From: Meyerozyma guilliermondii
Lineage: Eukaryota
NCBI GenBank assembly: GCA_051546255.1
Contig: CP128818.1
Coordinates: 1,240,001 to 1,304,000 of the forward strand
Length of the DNA stretch: 64,000 bases
Direction of reading: 5' to 3'
A program made the position numbers and the translations under genes. This document shows positions 32,301 through 43,330 of the stretch, one piece after another. The stretch's first letter is position 1; every line of letters starts with the position of its first letter. The notes below the pieces were generated by a model, which did no database searches, had not been told where the DNA came from, and saw only the letters and a list, made by a program, of their open reading frames with translations.

Positions 32301-33001
32301 GTGCCACTTTTTCCTTCATACTTGTAAGTTAGTATCTCTAGGAAGAACTGGTAAAATTCAAGTAACACGGGATCATTAGATTGAAGATCTAAGGAAGGAG
32401 GCATGACCGTGTGAATAGCATTTTCTCGGTGGTTTTCAGCAATAGGTCTTGCGATGTCGCCCACCAGATCAAGTTTTTCAATTAGCTGCTCTGTCACATC
32501 TTCCTCAAGAATCATTCCAGCATTGGACCGCATAATTGAGGCGTGTTGGATCTCGTAGTCCACACATCGAGCCAAGTAATCGATGAGGGCATCTTCAGCC
32601 GTTCGATGTACATGGACAAAAAACTCAAAAAGGTTCACGAGACTCGCAACTATGTCCAGTCTGTCCAGGTCAACTTCATTGAGCAATTGCACCAACAGCT
32701 GGGTGTGATTATCAACATGTTCGTACTTGTAGTTCTTGATCTGTTCAACTAGGTCGATTTTTTCAAGTTGGTTTTGATTGCCAGAAGGCGTATATAACAC
32801 GAAAAAGTCCAGAATTACGTGCTGTTGACGATTAACAGTAAACCTAAGCTCAATTTGTGCTTCTTCATTGTAATTTAATAGTCGAAGAAGACGCACCATC
32901 ACGTCATAGATCAGGTTTCCGAAATCCAGCGGTGTCCCTGACCAGGACTGGATGTGCTCAATGCTGCGCACTATCAATTCAAGTGCTAGCAACAGCGACA
33001 T
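29324..33001 (-). CDS. SFI1: Spindle-pole-body half-bridge protein Sfi1
   Basis: Long array of L/F-xx-W centrin-binding repeats (FxxW) and an S/T-P-rich C-terminus. Confidence 0.8.
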   Translation of the reverse strand: MSLLLALELIVRSIEHIQSWSGTPLDFGNLIYDVMVRLLRLLNYNEEAQIELRFTVNRQQHVILDFFVLYTPSGNQNQLEKIDLVEQIKNYKYEHVDNHTQLLVQLLNEVDLDRLDIVASLVNLFEFFVHVHRTAEDALIDYLARCVDYEIQHASIMRSNAGMILEEDVTEQLIEKLDLVGDIARPIAENHRENAIHTVMPPSLDLQSNDPVLLEFYQFFLEILTYKYEGKSGTVRDYKRYIRIMVNLYMRSRAVGSLELDTFEVKEEKVNFLYDFMNQEIVKTTDRLLVRAANKAFDDLKLLRQQKPTINQPPSNMQISGEDFVLSKSERTAIISHVREFIPDLNDFNFFFDPNFPILLHTYFDLVFVEMKERVSAGDCLFVSSLKRSIDQIVSFNYGDDLVDIKSAVMQFYDLHSQLIESQSTFLMRAAYMMFTRCFSTLRSHFKLWHLKALKFAHDRHVLQEKWKINTRTRKKYLTIWIGRTTQRQKVMAVASSYSASLLETLTFHKWQNKLQSNNKRLLKANDFALKKFFGIWTSKFNVTKEQLLVAQTHHKKIAYKPVFKALVEKKAAIDTSIALADTFASETKAKVHFLLLKLTFDLWVSKLNDSYSSHTSSVKNNSEVVLRHIELNTMSSKLKHLLTTEKQFVLSKFMRKIILKHQLNKIMQSVYIKNLKHILRVFFQLWRKVRVMNEVLNSYNARKSRSLKREFWNLWVGELAVKSAQLTFRRERLLKWAFNTWKANLTSRQKDQASLKKPVLTVFLQKWKLSFQLLLWKKEKDHAQMKNFLSAMRRKQGQNQDKAELALQFHDEALRKRAFEAWKMKNISVRQRLQDSDTFVLRKFSSKWLSQYSKVQDMVSLETKLGTISDRLITKLYLKLWVQKQQEKYSLYIDEKVKFFERRVQGPLVVSRFFRHWVDQLIIRRNQEMEMEQKCISFQRHSDTLKSYLHHWRESALAIEELEDDAIEFELKMLMKKALVIWYERYTSNVQLTDLSNDFRDQREFSKLREVLNVWSMKVLKYVKRNEQSCTLFIEKWDQARKRDFFDLWRSNLLASRNVRDDDGDTTMSNQSPLASKSTRNLTGSPSYLNTPLKRSPPRNLNTFSSSRLESTTLRVKSQRISALKRRFESAKSSSERDARDSRRVSESYQQNYVRLLPPKVRNSYRSILPPEPPNFDIKRTNTPAGPNPMDEMSIIATAKKLRRITPIFIPTEDDTEKSPNVIF

Positions 33002-33195
33002 GTCATTATTTGAAGAACTTTAGTGTGTTTTAATGGTTGGGTCTATGCCGTTCTTGTGTATGTATATTTCACCTCTTCGCGCGCGAAGCCGTTGCAGCAG
33101 CTTCACTGCGGGTGCACTGGCGGCGGCTTATAAGTTTAAAATAGATTTCACTTGACAGCCACTGATAGTAACGTCATACTAATTCTGGCGCCAAC

Positions 33196-36100
33196 ATGGG
33201 GGATCGTCGTACCGTCAGCTATGACACACAGACGGCAGACTTCCACTTTATGGGATACTCAACTCCAGTACCTTCTAAGAGGATTGTTTCTGATGGAGAG
33301 ATTTATGGAGATGTTCGTAGATCGGCTCAGATTAGATCGGGAAGAGCCGTGGCAGCATCGTCTGCTGTCCATGAGTTGGAATCGCCTGGAGATGGTGCCA
33401 TGGTACTTCCAGAATCCGCCAATGGCATGGGAAGTCACGAAAAAGATGGGATCAATGCATCCATAGGAGACCATGATGAAGGACAATTTCAACCATCGAA
33501 ATTTCCCTACTACAAGCAGAGACTGGACTCCAATTCCAGCATGAAAACACCATTCGATAACCCAATATCTACCTCCTACTCACCGCCAAAGTCAGCTACA
33601 AGTTTCAACTCCAATCCTTTGGGTCTGATCATTGGTGGCTACGCCTACAGTAACAGCTCATTGGAGGTCCCTCCAGGCGACGATAACGATCTGGAAATTA
33701 CTCGAAATGGTGGGGATTCCATAGGCGAAATTCCCTCGATCAAGCACAAGTATCAACCTAGTATTATTCCTCAACCGCATACAAGACACAGTTCTGAGTC
33801 TTCCACAATATCCACTTCATCCACAGCTACTGTGAGCAAAGACAGGCGGTTTGTGCGCTATGCCATGGGTCTGTCAAACAACAATAACTACTCCAAACGG
33901 AAGTGGCAGATGCAGCACGTTATACGATGGCTCGATTCCAATGGGTTCAATTCATCGTGGAAAGACACCTTTAGGCGCAACGAAATTTCCGGCAATCGGT
34001 TTCTCGAACTTGCTAATTATGAACCCAATTCCATGATATGGCAGCAATTTGGCAAACTCTTGCACTTGGACAATGATCTCAATACGGTTTCCCGATTCAT
34101 AGGCCTTCTCAAGGCTGAGTGTGAAGCGGATTCAGTTGAAGAAGATGAGACTCTACTTCCCGATTCACCATCAAATTTAAGGTATGAGAGTACCCCAACT
34201 CAGCTTATACCTGCTCCCAAAGCTGACAACCGCAAATCTACCCCCATTTTCTTGAAGCATAGCAGCTCAAACTCAATAACATCGTCGTCGTCTTCATCGC
34301 CTAACAATTCTCAGATTCCGCTCAAACAGCGACCCTACTCGTATGTGGAACCGGGATCAGGTAAGAACCGTGAGCGAGACATCACATACAAACTATTTCG
34401 AAAGCAACACTCTAAAACATCCTCCGATGGTAAGAGCTCCGTCGAAGGTGAACCTAGGTCGTTTTCAATTAACAAAGAGAACACAAAACGTGCATCCTTG
34501 CTATACGAAGAAGCATTGAGGTCCGCGGGCGAACCTCTCCAGAAAACCCACACTTGGCAAGGCTACGGACAAGACGGACAATCCAAAAAATCCAAATTCA
34601 TAAACGCTTTAAAAAAGTACGGCGGTGACCGAGCTGCTGGATTTGTTAAACAGGCTCAGGGATTTGGCGCAAACTCCACTCCACAAGTCCCCACGGTCAC
34701 TTCATTCGGGAAAGACATGTCATCCAGAAGCATCTACAAGGAAACCCCACCTTACCAGTCAGTGAGATCTGGCGCAAATCAGGAAGATGTTGCACCTCCA
34801 TCTCGAAAAAACCTGACTGAAACAGCTCAGAGCACCTCTGTCAAATCTGCAGTGTCTCGCATTTCCCAGACGTTTTTCAGTCAGCCCTCTCCACAAGAAC
34901 CTTCAGCACCAATAGATTCGTCTGAAGACTTGAGCGACTTTTTACCATTGAGAAAATCTACCCACAAGTCTATTCTTGTAACCAGTGACAATGAAAATTT
35001 CAAGGTGGTGAACTTTGAACTTACTGGTGCAATAACTAGTGAAACAATCAAGGAAAAGGTGAACAAGGCGCTCGACGTTTTAGCAATAGGAAAGATCACT
35101 TACCACTTGACTCAGATTGACTCAGAAGAGGGTCCACCTCTAACGGAAGACCTATTGGTTCACTTTATAGAAAAGGGAAACTTCATGCTTCTCGTTAAGC
35201 AAGATGTGGGTGATGAGTCCATCGCCAACACCTATTCAACCACATCGTCAGATACTCGTTCGTTTGAGATCCATGGAAATCATGATGAAAAAGTCTATCC
35301 TGCAACACCCCAGTACTTGTTGGGCACTAGTTCAGACCGGCAAGTTGATTACTGGAATTTTAAAGATGAGCAGCAACGTCTCTCCAAGATTAACGAAGCA
35401 CAGAAGAGCGAAGCAGCAACGAGAAACGACGGGCATGCTCCACATATACCCTTGAAGCTCTCATTTCCAATTCAAAAACGAGAAAAAAGTTCAGGAACAA
35501 CACCAGCACTCAAGATTAGCATTGATAATTCGACTTCATCGAAACTGGTCCCTCTGTCTTCCGCACTGGAATCCAAGCTGCCAGCGTCGTTCCGTGTCTT
35601 GCGAAGAGAGGGTCATGAAATTGATTTCGATAAGCGAAGATTGTCCCCTTATGACTCAAAAGCGCCAAAGTTGATTCGTAATATATACTCCTCGTCGGTG
35701 TCAGATACGCTGAAATCACCAGTTTTGGCCACAACAGTCTCAACGCTAAAGGACAATAATAACTCTTCTGTCGAAGTGGAGAAACAAAATAGCATTGTTG
35801 CACGGCGAGCAGCGCCCCCACCACCATTGCTGAACAAGAGCAGCTTCAACGGCCACAATCATCTTGGTGTAAGACAAGGAAGCTTGAAGTTACTGCCTGG
35901 AATGTCCGATACTTCGATGTCCAGTAACTCTACCATGCTGAGTGAGTGGTCGTTTTCTTTGCCCAGAAAAGCTGCAAGCAAGCGTGTGAATTCGTCCAAG
36001 TTACTGCGTAAACCACCAGCTAGTATTGACGTTTTCAAAGAAAATGAAATCTCTTTCGACGATGTGCCGCTGCTCGAGATTTCACAAACAAATTCTGAAG

Positions 36101-37629
36101 AAGAGTTCTTCGTCAAGCCGATGGAAAGTGACGAATTTTTCATGAAGAGCTTCCAAGCCAACCAAAAATCAGACGGAACTAAGAAGGGAGTTATGCTTAA
36201 GGACGAGAGCTTTCAATTTGATGAGTCATGGAAACAAGTCGACAATGTTCCTATGGATGTTCGGCCCCCTGTTGAGGAAGTGTACCGAAATCTTGAGAAA
36301 TACTTTCCGAACACCAATTTGGACAAACCTATCATTGAAGCAGATCCCGTTTCTCCACTAGTCAAGGACCCAATGAAAGAGCGAATGACCATTTCACGCA
36401 CATTTTCCAATGCTAACTTGTCTCCAGACATTCCTACGAATAACAGCGACGATGTATATTACGATGAGCCCGGTTCAGGAAACTCTCTCGCGATCAGGAG
36501 AATGAAAACTATTCGGGTTGTTGCCAATGAGGCCCATAGGAAACGGCTCGAGAGAAAGAGGCTCTCCAAGAGAGGCTACAGGAACGTCGAAAACGACTCA
36601 AAAGGTGGTAATGCTCTTGCACGATCAAACACAAAAATGTGGGGACAGAAAGTATTTGAGGTTACATCGACAGAAATTGAAAAAGGATTTGTGTCCAAGA
36701 TTAAGAACAATAATGGAGAATTTGAGGAGTTTGCTTGGATTAAGGGTGAGCTTATAGGCCGTGGTTCTTTTGGTTCCGTATACTTGGCATTGAATGTGAC
36801 TACTGGAGAAATGCTAGCGGTGAAGCAAGTTGTGCTTTCAAAAATAGCCACCAATTTGGACGGTATAAATGCCCTTCATAAGGAAGTGGAGACGATGAAG
36901 GACTTGGACCATGAAAACATTGTGCAATACTTGGGATTCGAAAGACAGGGCCGAATCTACAGTTTGTTCCTCGAGTATGTTGGAGGAGGTTCGATAGCCT
37001 CTTGCATGAAATTCTATGGTGGCTTTGAGGAACCACTTATTAGGTTTATTTGCCGACAAGTGTTGCGAGGGCTTGAATACTTGCACTCCAATGGGATTCT
37101 TCATCGTGATTTGAAAGCAGATAACTTGCTTTTGGAAATCGACGGAACCTGCAAAATATCAGATTTCGGTATATCCAAGCGATCAAAAGATATTTACACA
37201 AATAACGCAGACATGTCCATGCAAGGTTCTGTGTTCTGGATGGCACCAGAGGTGATAGACAGCATAGTTGAGGACAAGAAAAAGGGTTATAGTGCCAAGG
37301 TGGATGTGTGGTCTTTGGGGTGTGTGGTCTTGGAGATGTTTGCCGGGCATCGGCCATGGTCCAACGAGGCAGTTGTAAGTGCAATCTACAAGATTGGAAA
37401 GACCAAGCTGGCACCGCCAATACCGCGAGATATTGACCATTTGATTTCAACTCATGCCAAAAGCTTCATCAACCAGTGTTTCACCATCGATGCCGAGAAG
37501 CGGCCTACAGCTCACCAATTGTTGCAGCATCCATTTATTGAGGAGGATCCAGAGTTCAAGTTTGAACGCACCCGGTTAGCCCAGAACATCAGGTACAATG
37601 CTCGACGCAGTAGTCTTGGACGGGAATAA
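33196..37629 (+). CDS. BCK1: Cell-wall-integrity MAPKKK
   Basis: SAM-like N-terminal region, VYRNLEKYFPNTNLDKPI, TKMWGQK, kinase GELIGRGSFG, HRDLKADN, DFG, MQGSVFWMAPE. Confidence 0.95.
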   Translation: MGDRRTVSYDTQTADFHFMGYSTPVPSKRIVSDGEIYGDVRRSAQIRSGRAVAASSAVHELESPGDGAMVLPESANGMGSHEKDGINASIGDHDEGQFQPSKFPYYKQRLDSNSSMKTPFDNPISTSYSPPKSATSFNSNPLGLIIGGYAYSNSSLEVPPGDDNDLEITRNGGDSIGEIPSIKHKYQPSIIPQPHTRHSSESSTISTSSTATVSKDRRFVRYAMGLSNNNNYSKRKWQMQHVIRWLDSNGFNSSWKDTFRRNEISGNRFLELANYEPNSMIWQQFGKLLHLDNDLNTVSRFIGLLKAECEADSVEEDETLLPDSPSNLRYESTPTQLIPAPKADNRKSTPIFLKHSSSNSITSSSSSSPNNSQIPLKQRPYSYVEPGSGKNRERDITYKLFRKQHSKTSSDGKSSVEGEPRSFSINKENTKRASLLYEEALRSAGEPLQKTHTWQGYGQDGQSKKSKFINALKKYGGDRAAGFVKQAQGFGANSTPQVPTVTSFGKDMSSRSIYKETPPYQSVRSGANQEDVAPPSRKNLTETAQSTSVKSAVSRISQTFFSQPSPQEPSAPIDSSEDLSDFLPLRKSTHKSILVTSDNENFKVVNFELTGAITSETIKEKVNKALDVLAIGKITYHLTQIDSEEGPPLTEDLLVHFIEKGNFMLLVKQDVGDESIANTYSTTSSDTRSFEIHGNHDEKVYPATPQYLLGTSSDRQVDYWNFKDEQQRLSKINEAQKSEAATRNDGHAPHIPLKLSFPIQKREKSSGTTPALKISIDNSTSSKLVPLSSALESKLPASFRVLRREGHEIDFDKRRLSPYDSKAPKLIRNIYSSSVSDTLKSPVLATTVSTLKDNNNSSVEVEKQNSIVARRAAPPPPLLNKSSFNGHNHLGVRQGSLKLLPGMSDTSMSSNSTMLSEWSFSLPRKAASKRVNSSKLLRKPPASIDVFKENEISFDDVPLLEISQTNSEEEFFVKPMESDEFFMKSFQANQKSDGTKKGVMLKDESFQFDESWKQVDNVPMDVRPPVEEVYRNLEKYFPNTNLDKPIIEADPVSPLVKDPMKERMTISRTFSNANLSPDIPTNNSDDVYYDEPGSGNSLAIRRMKTIRVVANEAHRKRLERKRLSKRGYRNVENDSKGGNALARSNTKMWGQKVFEVTSTEIEKGFVSKIKNNNGEFEEFAWIKGELIGRGSFGSVYLALNVTTGEMLAVKQVVLSKIATNLDGINALHKEVETMKDLDHENIVQYLGFERQGRIYSLFLEYVGGGSIASCMKFYGGFEEPLIRFICRQVLRGLEYLHSNGILHRDLKADNLLLEIDGTCKISDFGISKRSKDIYTNNADMSMQGSVFWMAPEVIDSIVEDKKKGYSAKVDVWSLGCVVLEMFAGHRPWSNEAVVSAIYKIGKTKLAPPIPRDIDHLISTHAKSFINQCFTIDAEKRPTAHQLLQHPFIEEDPEFKFERTRLAQNIRYNARRSSLGRE

Positions 37630-37668
37630 CTTTTATAGGGTAAATCTATGTACAATTAGGTGGACGAT

Positions 37669-38133
37669 TCACGTCAACTTTAATTCGTTTATCATCAAGA
37701 TTGTCTGATACGGTTGCACAGGAAACGTCTTACGGCGTCTACAACGCTGTTTCTTCCGGTAGACTTCGTAGTATGGTTCTTTGGTGATTTCTACCACGTT
37801 CGCTCGAAGATCAACCCATTCTTTCGGTAAACCTTTTTTGTCATTATATGTGTATTCTGGTGATCCCACCGTGATTATGTCACTGAGGCGTAGCTGGTCG
37901 CCCACCTCGGCACCCTTGAGTTTGAAAGGAAGCACGACTCGATCTCCCTTGGTGACCAAATAGGGCATATTGTGGAGCCGGAAAACGGCATACAAATTTG
38001 TGGCAGCAGAATTGAACTTGAGAATCAGAAGGGGTGATTTATGAGATGCGGTGGCCACGGACAGCATTCTGATGGCGTTAAGCGGCCTGGAAAACGCCTG
38101 CAGTGCCGTTTTGGCTACCCCAAATCTGAACAT
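37669..38133 (-). CDS. MRPL49: Mitochondrial ribosomal protein bL21m
   Basis: LYAVFRLHNMPYLVTKGD...KKQRCRR...TILMINELK; presequence-like N-terminus. Confidence 0.9.
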   Translation of the reverse strand: MFRFGVAKTALQAFSRPLNAIRMLSVATASHKSPLLILKFNSAATNLYAVFRLHNMPYLVTKGDRVVLPFKLKGAEVGDQLRLSDIITVGSPEYTYNDKKGLPKEWVDLRANVVEITKEPYYEVYRKKQRCRRRKTFPVQPYQTILMINELKLT

Positions 38134-38351
38134 GGCACTTCAACTTTATTCAAACTTTTCGCACAGTTAACGGAAATTGTGGTGAGAGCGGTGCGCACAC
38201 GACGATTCAAATTTTTTTGCTGCACCGCACTCGAAAACCTCGACGGCGGTACGGACGGAGACACTAGGACACGGCCCCTATCCATACGCCGGTAATTGTG
38301 GTTCTCCTGAGACTCTCCTTTCTTTGAGCGCAGCCTGGCGTCCCGATAATT

Positions 38352-40883
38352 ATGTCTGGGTCCTTTTGGAAATTCAGTAATGGTTTCACGTCGCTTTCTA
38401 ACATCTCGTCCTTGATCGAGAGCCATGTTTCTGACGATGAACACGGCAAGGGAAAGCCCCGTGAAGTGCTTCTCAAGCTTCTCGACGAGTCTGACTTGCT
38501 CCAGGAACTTCTTGCCAACAATTCCATGTTGTTGGAGTTTTTACGTACAAATGAGGTGCTCGAACTACTTGTCGAATTGGTGGTCAACGAGGGTCAGTTG
38601 GATGTTTCAGATCAGCTTGCGGAACTCGATATAAAGGAACAACCAGAGGAAACCGAGAAGGATGCTAAACATGAATCGCAAGCCAAAAATGACGCCAAAA
38701 CTAATGACGATATGAGGAGCGACGACGACGATGACGATGATAATGAAGACAAACAACAGGACGAAGAAACAGAAGAGGAGCGCCGAAGCCGCCACGCCGC
38801 GCTTGCGGCCGAGATATTGAGTGCAGATGTGTGGTCGCTCACCGATACTGTCATGGACTCTACTGCCAACCTCAATAAGCTTTGGTCGGTTCTCGACAGC
38901 GTCAAGCCTCTTTCCATCAACTTGTCGACATATTTCATGAAGATTATGGAGCATCTTTTGGACATGAAGTGCGACGAAATGGTCACCTATCTCATCGAAA
39001 ACCAACCACGATTGGTGGAAAAGTTCATTCGTCACCTCTCCAATCCTCCACTTATGGACTTCCTCCTCAAACTCATTTCCACCGATAAACCCGACAACTC
39101 GACTGGCATCATTGATTTTTTGCAAAAACAGAACCTCATAACCCATTTGATAGATGCTCTTGACATCGATGACATCAACGACAATGATGCTGAGCTTGCG
39201 CTTGTGAGACAACTGTCGGCTGCAGACTTTCTTAAAGCTTTAATCACGATATCAGCAAACTCCACCACTGACAGCTCGACAATCGGACCCAACGAACTTA
39301 CTCGTGAGCTTGTATCATACGACCAAATGGAGAAGCTATGTACCATAATGTTAAAAGGAGGCTATGCATTGGCCAATGGTGTGGGTATCATCATAGAAAT
39401 TATTCGTAAGAATAATTCCGATTATGATGCACTTCCTGTGTTATATATAACGCTCGAAAGTCACCCTCCCACTGGTCGTGACCCTATTTATTTGGGCCAC
39501 TTGCTACAGATATTTGGTGGTAAAATCGACCAATTTAATAAGCTCCTAGTTACTAACCGGGAAGCATCCAAACTCAAAACTCCTTTCGGTGAAATCGAAC
39601 CCTTAGGATTCGAAAGATTCAAGATTTGCGAGCTAGTTGCTGAATTGTTGCATTGTTCAAACATGGCTCTACTCAACGATAACAAGGGTTACAATGTGGT
39701 GAAACAACGTGACGAGCTTCGAATGAAAATGAAAGAATACGATCCTATCAGCTTCAAGTACAATGAGGTGATTGCCTTGCCCACCGAAGACAAGCAAGAA
39801 TCAGAGTCCAACCATAATAGTGACGAGGAGTTTGGGAACGACACTATCGACTCATTTAATTCCAGATCTCAAAGTGACGGAGACTCAATTTTCCATGGTG
39901 CAAATTCAGACGAAAACGAGCCACACGCCAACGCTAATTTGACTGAAGAACAAATTAGAGAAAATCCTGTAATTGGGGATTTTTTGAAAGTATCTTTACT
40001 CGACACTCGCATAATTTCGAGTATCCTTGCAATGTTCTTCAAGTTCCCATGGAATAACTTCTTGCATAATGTTGTATTTGATATTGTTCAGCAGGTATTG
40101 AACGGCTCTATGGATATAGGGTTCAACAAATTCTTAGCCATTGATTTGTTTGATCACAGCGCAATTACTGACAAAATCATCGAGGGCCAGAAGTTGTGCA
40201 GCGATTTTGAAGAGAGCAACAAAGGGTTACGTTTGGGCTACATGGGTCACTTGACATTGATCGCCGAAGAAGTTGTCAAGTTTATTCAAGTATACCCAGT
40301 CAATACTTTAAGCGAATTGATTGACAAGAAGGTTGAGGACGAAGTATGGGAAGAATATGTTAACCATGTTTTGTACGATACAAGGGAGAAGTACAATGCC
40401 ATTTTGGGTGGAGGAGATGATGATGATGATGCAAGCAATACATTTGAACAAGAGACAGATTTTGTTCATGACTACAAGCCAGGACTTGTTCTTGACCCTA
40501 ACACCGACCATGACATCGGACATCTTGATGCGTCAGAAGACGCCAACAAAGGCGATTCCGAGTCGGAAGACGATGATGATCACTTCACGAACTACATGTC
40601 TGAGCAATTAACCAACACCGCCACTGCCGACTTGGGAGTTCCTGGAGAAGAAGATCCGTATATAGATCCCAACGACGATGGACTTTCATACAAAAAGTCG
40701 AATTCGTTTTATGACAATGATGGGGTTCCACGTCATTTAAACAAGACGGAGGATGTGGAGTTGTTGAGCGAGAGCTCGACTTCGAGCTCATCGTCGGATG
40801 ACGAGGACCTTATCTTTGATGATGATCATGATGATAATGACAAGGGCACAAACAATTTGACTAGAGCAGCCAGCAAGGGTTAG
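38352..40883 (+). CDS. SIT4 phosphatase-associated protein (SAP185/190 family)
   Basis: MSGSFWKF, GPNELTRELVS, IEPLGFERFKICELVAELLHCSNM, FPWNNFLHNVVFD, RLGYMGHLTLIAEE. Confidence 0.92.
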   Translation: MSGSFWKFSNGFTSLSNISSLIESHVSDDEHGKGKPREVLLKLLDESDLLQELLANNSMLLEFLRTNEVLELLVELVVNEGQLDVSDQLAELDIKEQPEETEKDAKHESQAKNDAKTNDDMRSDDDDDDDNEDKQQDEETEEERRSRHAALAAEILSADVWSLTDTVMDSTANLNKLWSVLDSVKPLSINLSTYFMKIMEHLLDMKCDEMVTYLIENQPRLVEKFIRHLSNPPLMDFLLKLISTDKPDNSTGIIDFLQKQNLITHLIDALDIDDINDNDAELALVRQLSAADFLKALITISANSTTDSSTIGPNELTRELVSYDQMEKLCTIMLKGGYALANGVGIIIEIIRKNNSDYDALPVLYITLESHPPTGRDPIYLGHLLQIFGGKIDQFNKLLVTNREASKLKTPFGEIEPLGFERFKICELVAELLHCSNMALLNDNKGYNVVKQRDELRMKMKEYDPISFKYNEVIALPTEDKQESESNHNSDEEFGNDTIDSFNSRSQSDGDSIFHGANSDENEPHANANLTEEQIRENPVIGDFLKVSLLDTRIISSILAMFFKFPWNNFLHNVVFDIVQQVLNGSMDIGFNKFLAIDLFDHSAITDKIIEGQKLCSDFEESNKGLRLGYMGHLTLIAEEVVKFIQVYPVNTLSELIDKKVEDEVWEEYVNHVLYDTREKYNAILGGGDDDDDASNTFEQETDFVHDYKPGLVLDPNTDHDIGHLDASEDANKGDSESEDDDDHFTNYMSEQLTNTATADLGVPGEEDPYIDPNDDGLSYKKSNSFYDNDGVPRHLNKTEDVELLSESSTSSSSSDDEDLIFDDDHDDNDKGTNNLTRAASKG

Positions 40884-40920
40884 TTGATGCTTTTAATCTA
40901 TATTCCATTTTTTCTCGTTA

Positions 40921-41940
40921 TTATGTACTTATGGTACTCTTGCGACCTTCTCTCTCCAATGGTGGAAGCACCAGATCGACTTGGTGCGGAGGTTTGGGGA
41001 CTCCACCCATGAGGCCCTTCCTGAGAGCCAAACCGGAATCACGCTCTTCCACGCCGTAAAATTCGTCTCTTATGGGATGCATCAAGACAGTGTTGTTTTT
41101 GCTTATAGTGATGATTGAGTTTGTAGGCACGCAAATCCAGTCTCCACGCTCAAACGTGAGTGGTTCACTTGCTACAAAAACCACATCCTGAGATCTGTTA
41201 AGACGCTCCATCTTGAAGAGACCAGGCTCGTACTCGTAGAAGCGCAGACCGGTGCTAAAATGGAGCGAAGCAGCCTCGTCGGTCTTTGAGGTGACATAGC
41301 GACTAACCACCACCAGCAGCCCATCGGTTACAGCAAAGTTAAGAAGGGAAGGTTCTGTGGTGATAGCCAACTGCCACTCTTTGATAGTTGTGATTGTCTG
41401 TAACAAGGCGTCACGAAGTGTTTCGTGGGGCACCTCACTGGCGCCTGGAGTGTGACCCATATGTTTCAAGACATGCAAGAAGAGTGCAAAGCAGCACTCG
41501 GAGTCTGTAGAACCCTGAATATGAAGAAAGAATTCGTCATCTATATAGCTGATGAGTTTCTTTTTGATCTGCTCAAAGCACAGAATTCCTCCGTTATGCA
41601 TAAACATGATATTTCCGTACGAAAACGGATGGCAGTTTGTCTCTGACAAAACACCCTGAGTCGATGCCCTGACATGACCAAACACCAACCTGGATTCCGT
41701 ACACCGGGAAAGATTATTGAGGTTCACGTTGTTCCATGCGGGCGTAATTGCCTTGAATATACATGGAGCATGCTTGGAAGTATAGTATCCGACACCAAAT
41801 CCATCACCATTGATGGGGTTTCTCATATCGAGACGTAACCTAGAATCAAAGGATTGGTTGATTATAGAATGTGCAGGTTTTGTAAGTAGATCAGAAAGCA
41901 CCATGGGGTCACGGCCCTTGTATATCATGAAGCGGCACAT
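40921..41940 (-). CDS. DUG3: Class II glutamine amidotransferase Dug3 (glutathione degradation)
   Basis: MCRF N-terminal nucleophile, HSIINQSFDSRLR, NGDGFG, HVRAST, NCHPF, GSTDSE, VASEPLT. Confidence 0.93.
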   Translation of the reverse strand: MCRFMIYKGRDPMVLSDLLTKPAHSIINQSFDSRLRLDMRNPINGDGFGVGYYTSKHAPCIFKAITPAWNNVNLNNLSRCTESRLVFGHVRASTQGVLSETNCHPFSYGNIMFMHNGGILCFEQIKKKLISYIDDEFFLHIQGSTDSECCFALFLHVLKHMGHTPGASEVPHETLRDALLQTITTIKEWQLAITTEPSLLNFAVTDGLLVVVSRYVTSKTDEAASLHFSTGLRFYEYEPGLFKMERLNRSQDVVFVASEPLTFERGDWICVPTNSIITISKNNTVLMHPIRDEFYGVEERDSGLALRKGLMGGVPKPPHQVDLVLPPLEREGRKSTIST

Positions 41941-42114
41941 GGTGATGCTGTGCTTGTATGTGAAGTGGTTGTATTTGCTAAGAGTATTTACAGTATTATT
42001 TGAGTGCGCGAAATATGGCTGGGACTGCGTCGGGTCAATGGAGATAAGCCTGCGCGGCCGCACTACGGAGCCGATTGCTCCACCTTCTTATTTGCCCCAT
42101 TCTTCAATTGCATC

Positions 42115-42651
42115 ATGTCGCTTTTCAGAACCCTTCAGAACTCCCCTGCTACCATCACCATCTTCCACAATCCCAAGTTGCGGACTCTGGCCACTTTATA
42201 CCATCATTTGGAACAGGCTTATCATCACTATGGAGAAAGCAAGGACCTGTTTCTTGTTGATTTGATGACCAACAAGATGCCCACGTACGACCAGTTTCTC
42301 ACCATCGCCCAGGCGTGCTTGAAGGATGATACCAGCAAAACCGTGTTGCGCAATTGCTTCCCGTTCATGTATGACCTGAAGAGTATCCACCACGAAGAGC
42401 CTCGGAGTGTCACCAAAAAACTGCCCGTGGGCACCGACTTGGAAAAAATGGAGGAGAGACTGGTGGGGATAAAGATGTTCAGCGAGAAGGAATATGCCAT
42501 GATTTACGACGCCTACAACAAGGCAGTGGAGGAAAAAGATATACCCGAGGAAGACATATTTCGCAGTCCTCTTGTGGTGGATTGGGACCAGTCGCTTATC
42601 GCTGGGGACGAGACCACGTTGGCTGCGATATTGGACAAGTATAAGAAGTGA
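42115..42651 (+). CDS. FMP46: Fmp46-like mitochondrial thioredoxin-fold protein
   Basis: MSLFRTLQNSPATITIFH, PTYDQ, PLVVDW. Confidence 0.7.
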   Translation: MSLFRTLQNSPATITIFHNPKLRTLATLYHHLEQAYHHYGESKDLFLVDLMTNKMPTYDQFLTIAQACLKDDTSKTVLRNCFPFMYDLKSIHHEEPRSVTKKLPVGTDLEKMEERLVGIKMFSEKEYAMIYDAYNKAVEEKDIPEEDIFRSPLVVDWDQSLIAGDETTLAAILDKYKK

Positions 42652-43330
42652 AAACAAACAAAGAAGCTAAAATGAACGAAAAAGCGAAAAATAAGCTTGG
42701 GAACTTTGGCGGTTGTCCCTGCGTAAATAGTTAGTGTATGCCTTATTGTCAAAAAATCGGTATCCTGAATCCTTTAAATTCGCGGGCCGAGTTCCAAGTC
42801 GCAGATCGGCATTGTAAATGCGATGGTTCTCAACTCATAAATTCGCGTGCACATCTCTGAAGTGGCTCGCAAGAATTATAAGCTCGCAATCATCGATTAA
42901 CAAAGTCACCGCAGCTTGAATCAAATTCGCTACCACAAGTCAGGTCAGTTATCTTTGAATCCCTAAACCAACTGTCACGTAAGTGATTTCTTTCATCTTA
43001 GACTGTCATTAATCTTCATAATGATGGACAAGTTCTCAATTTGAATTAAAGAGATTACGGTGATTCTATTCACGAGGAGGTTCAATTCCGATTATAACAC
43101 ATATCGTATCGACTGTGTGATTCCTTTAAAGATGTGACTTTTTTGTCTTCAATATTTTGAAAGGAAGGCATCTATATGCATCGCCAAGCACCATACCCCT
43201 CACTTTCCTGCTTGAGCTCGTAAGTGATCTGCATTACAATTAGTAAAGCCGTTGCCGATAAGTGCGTGGAACCACCTTAACGCCGAAATTGAGCATATAA
43301 ATTGACCTGGATCAGCTTGCTTTAATCAAC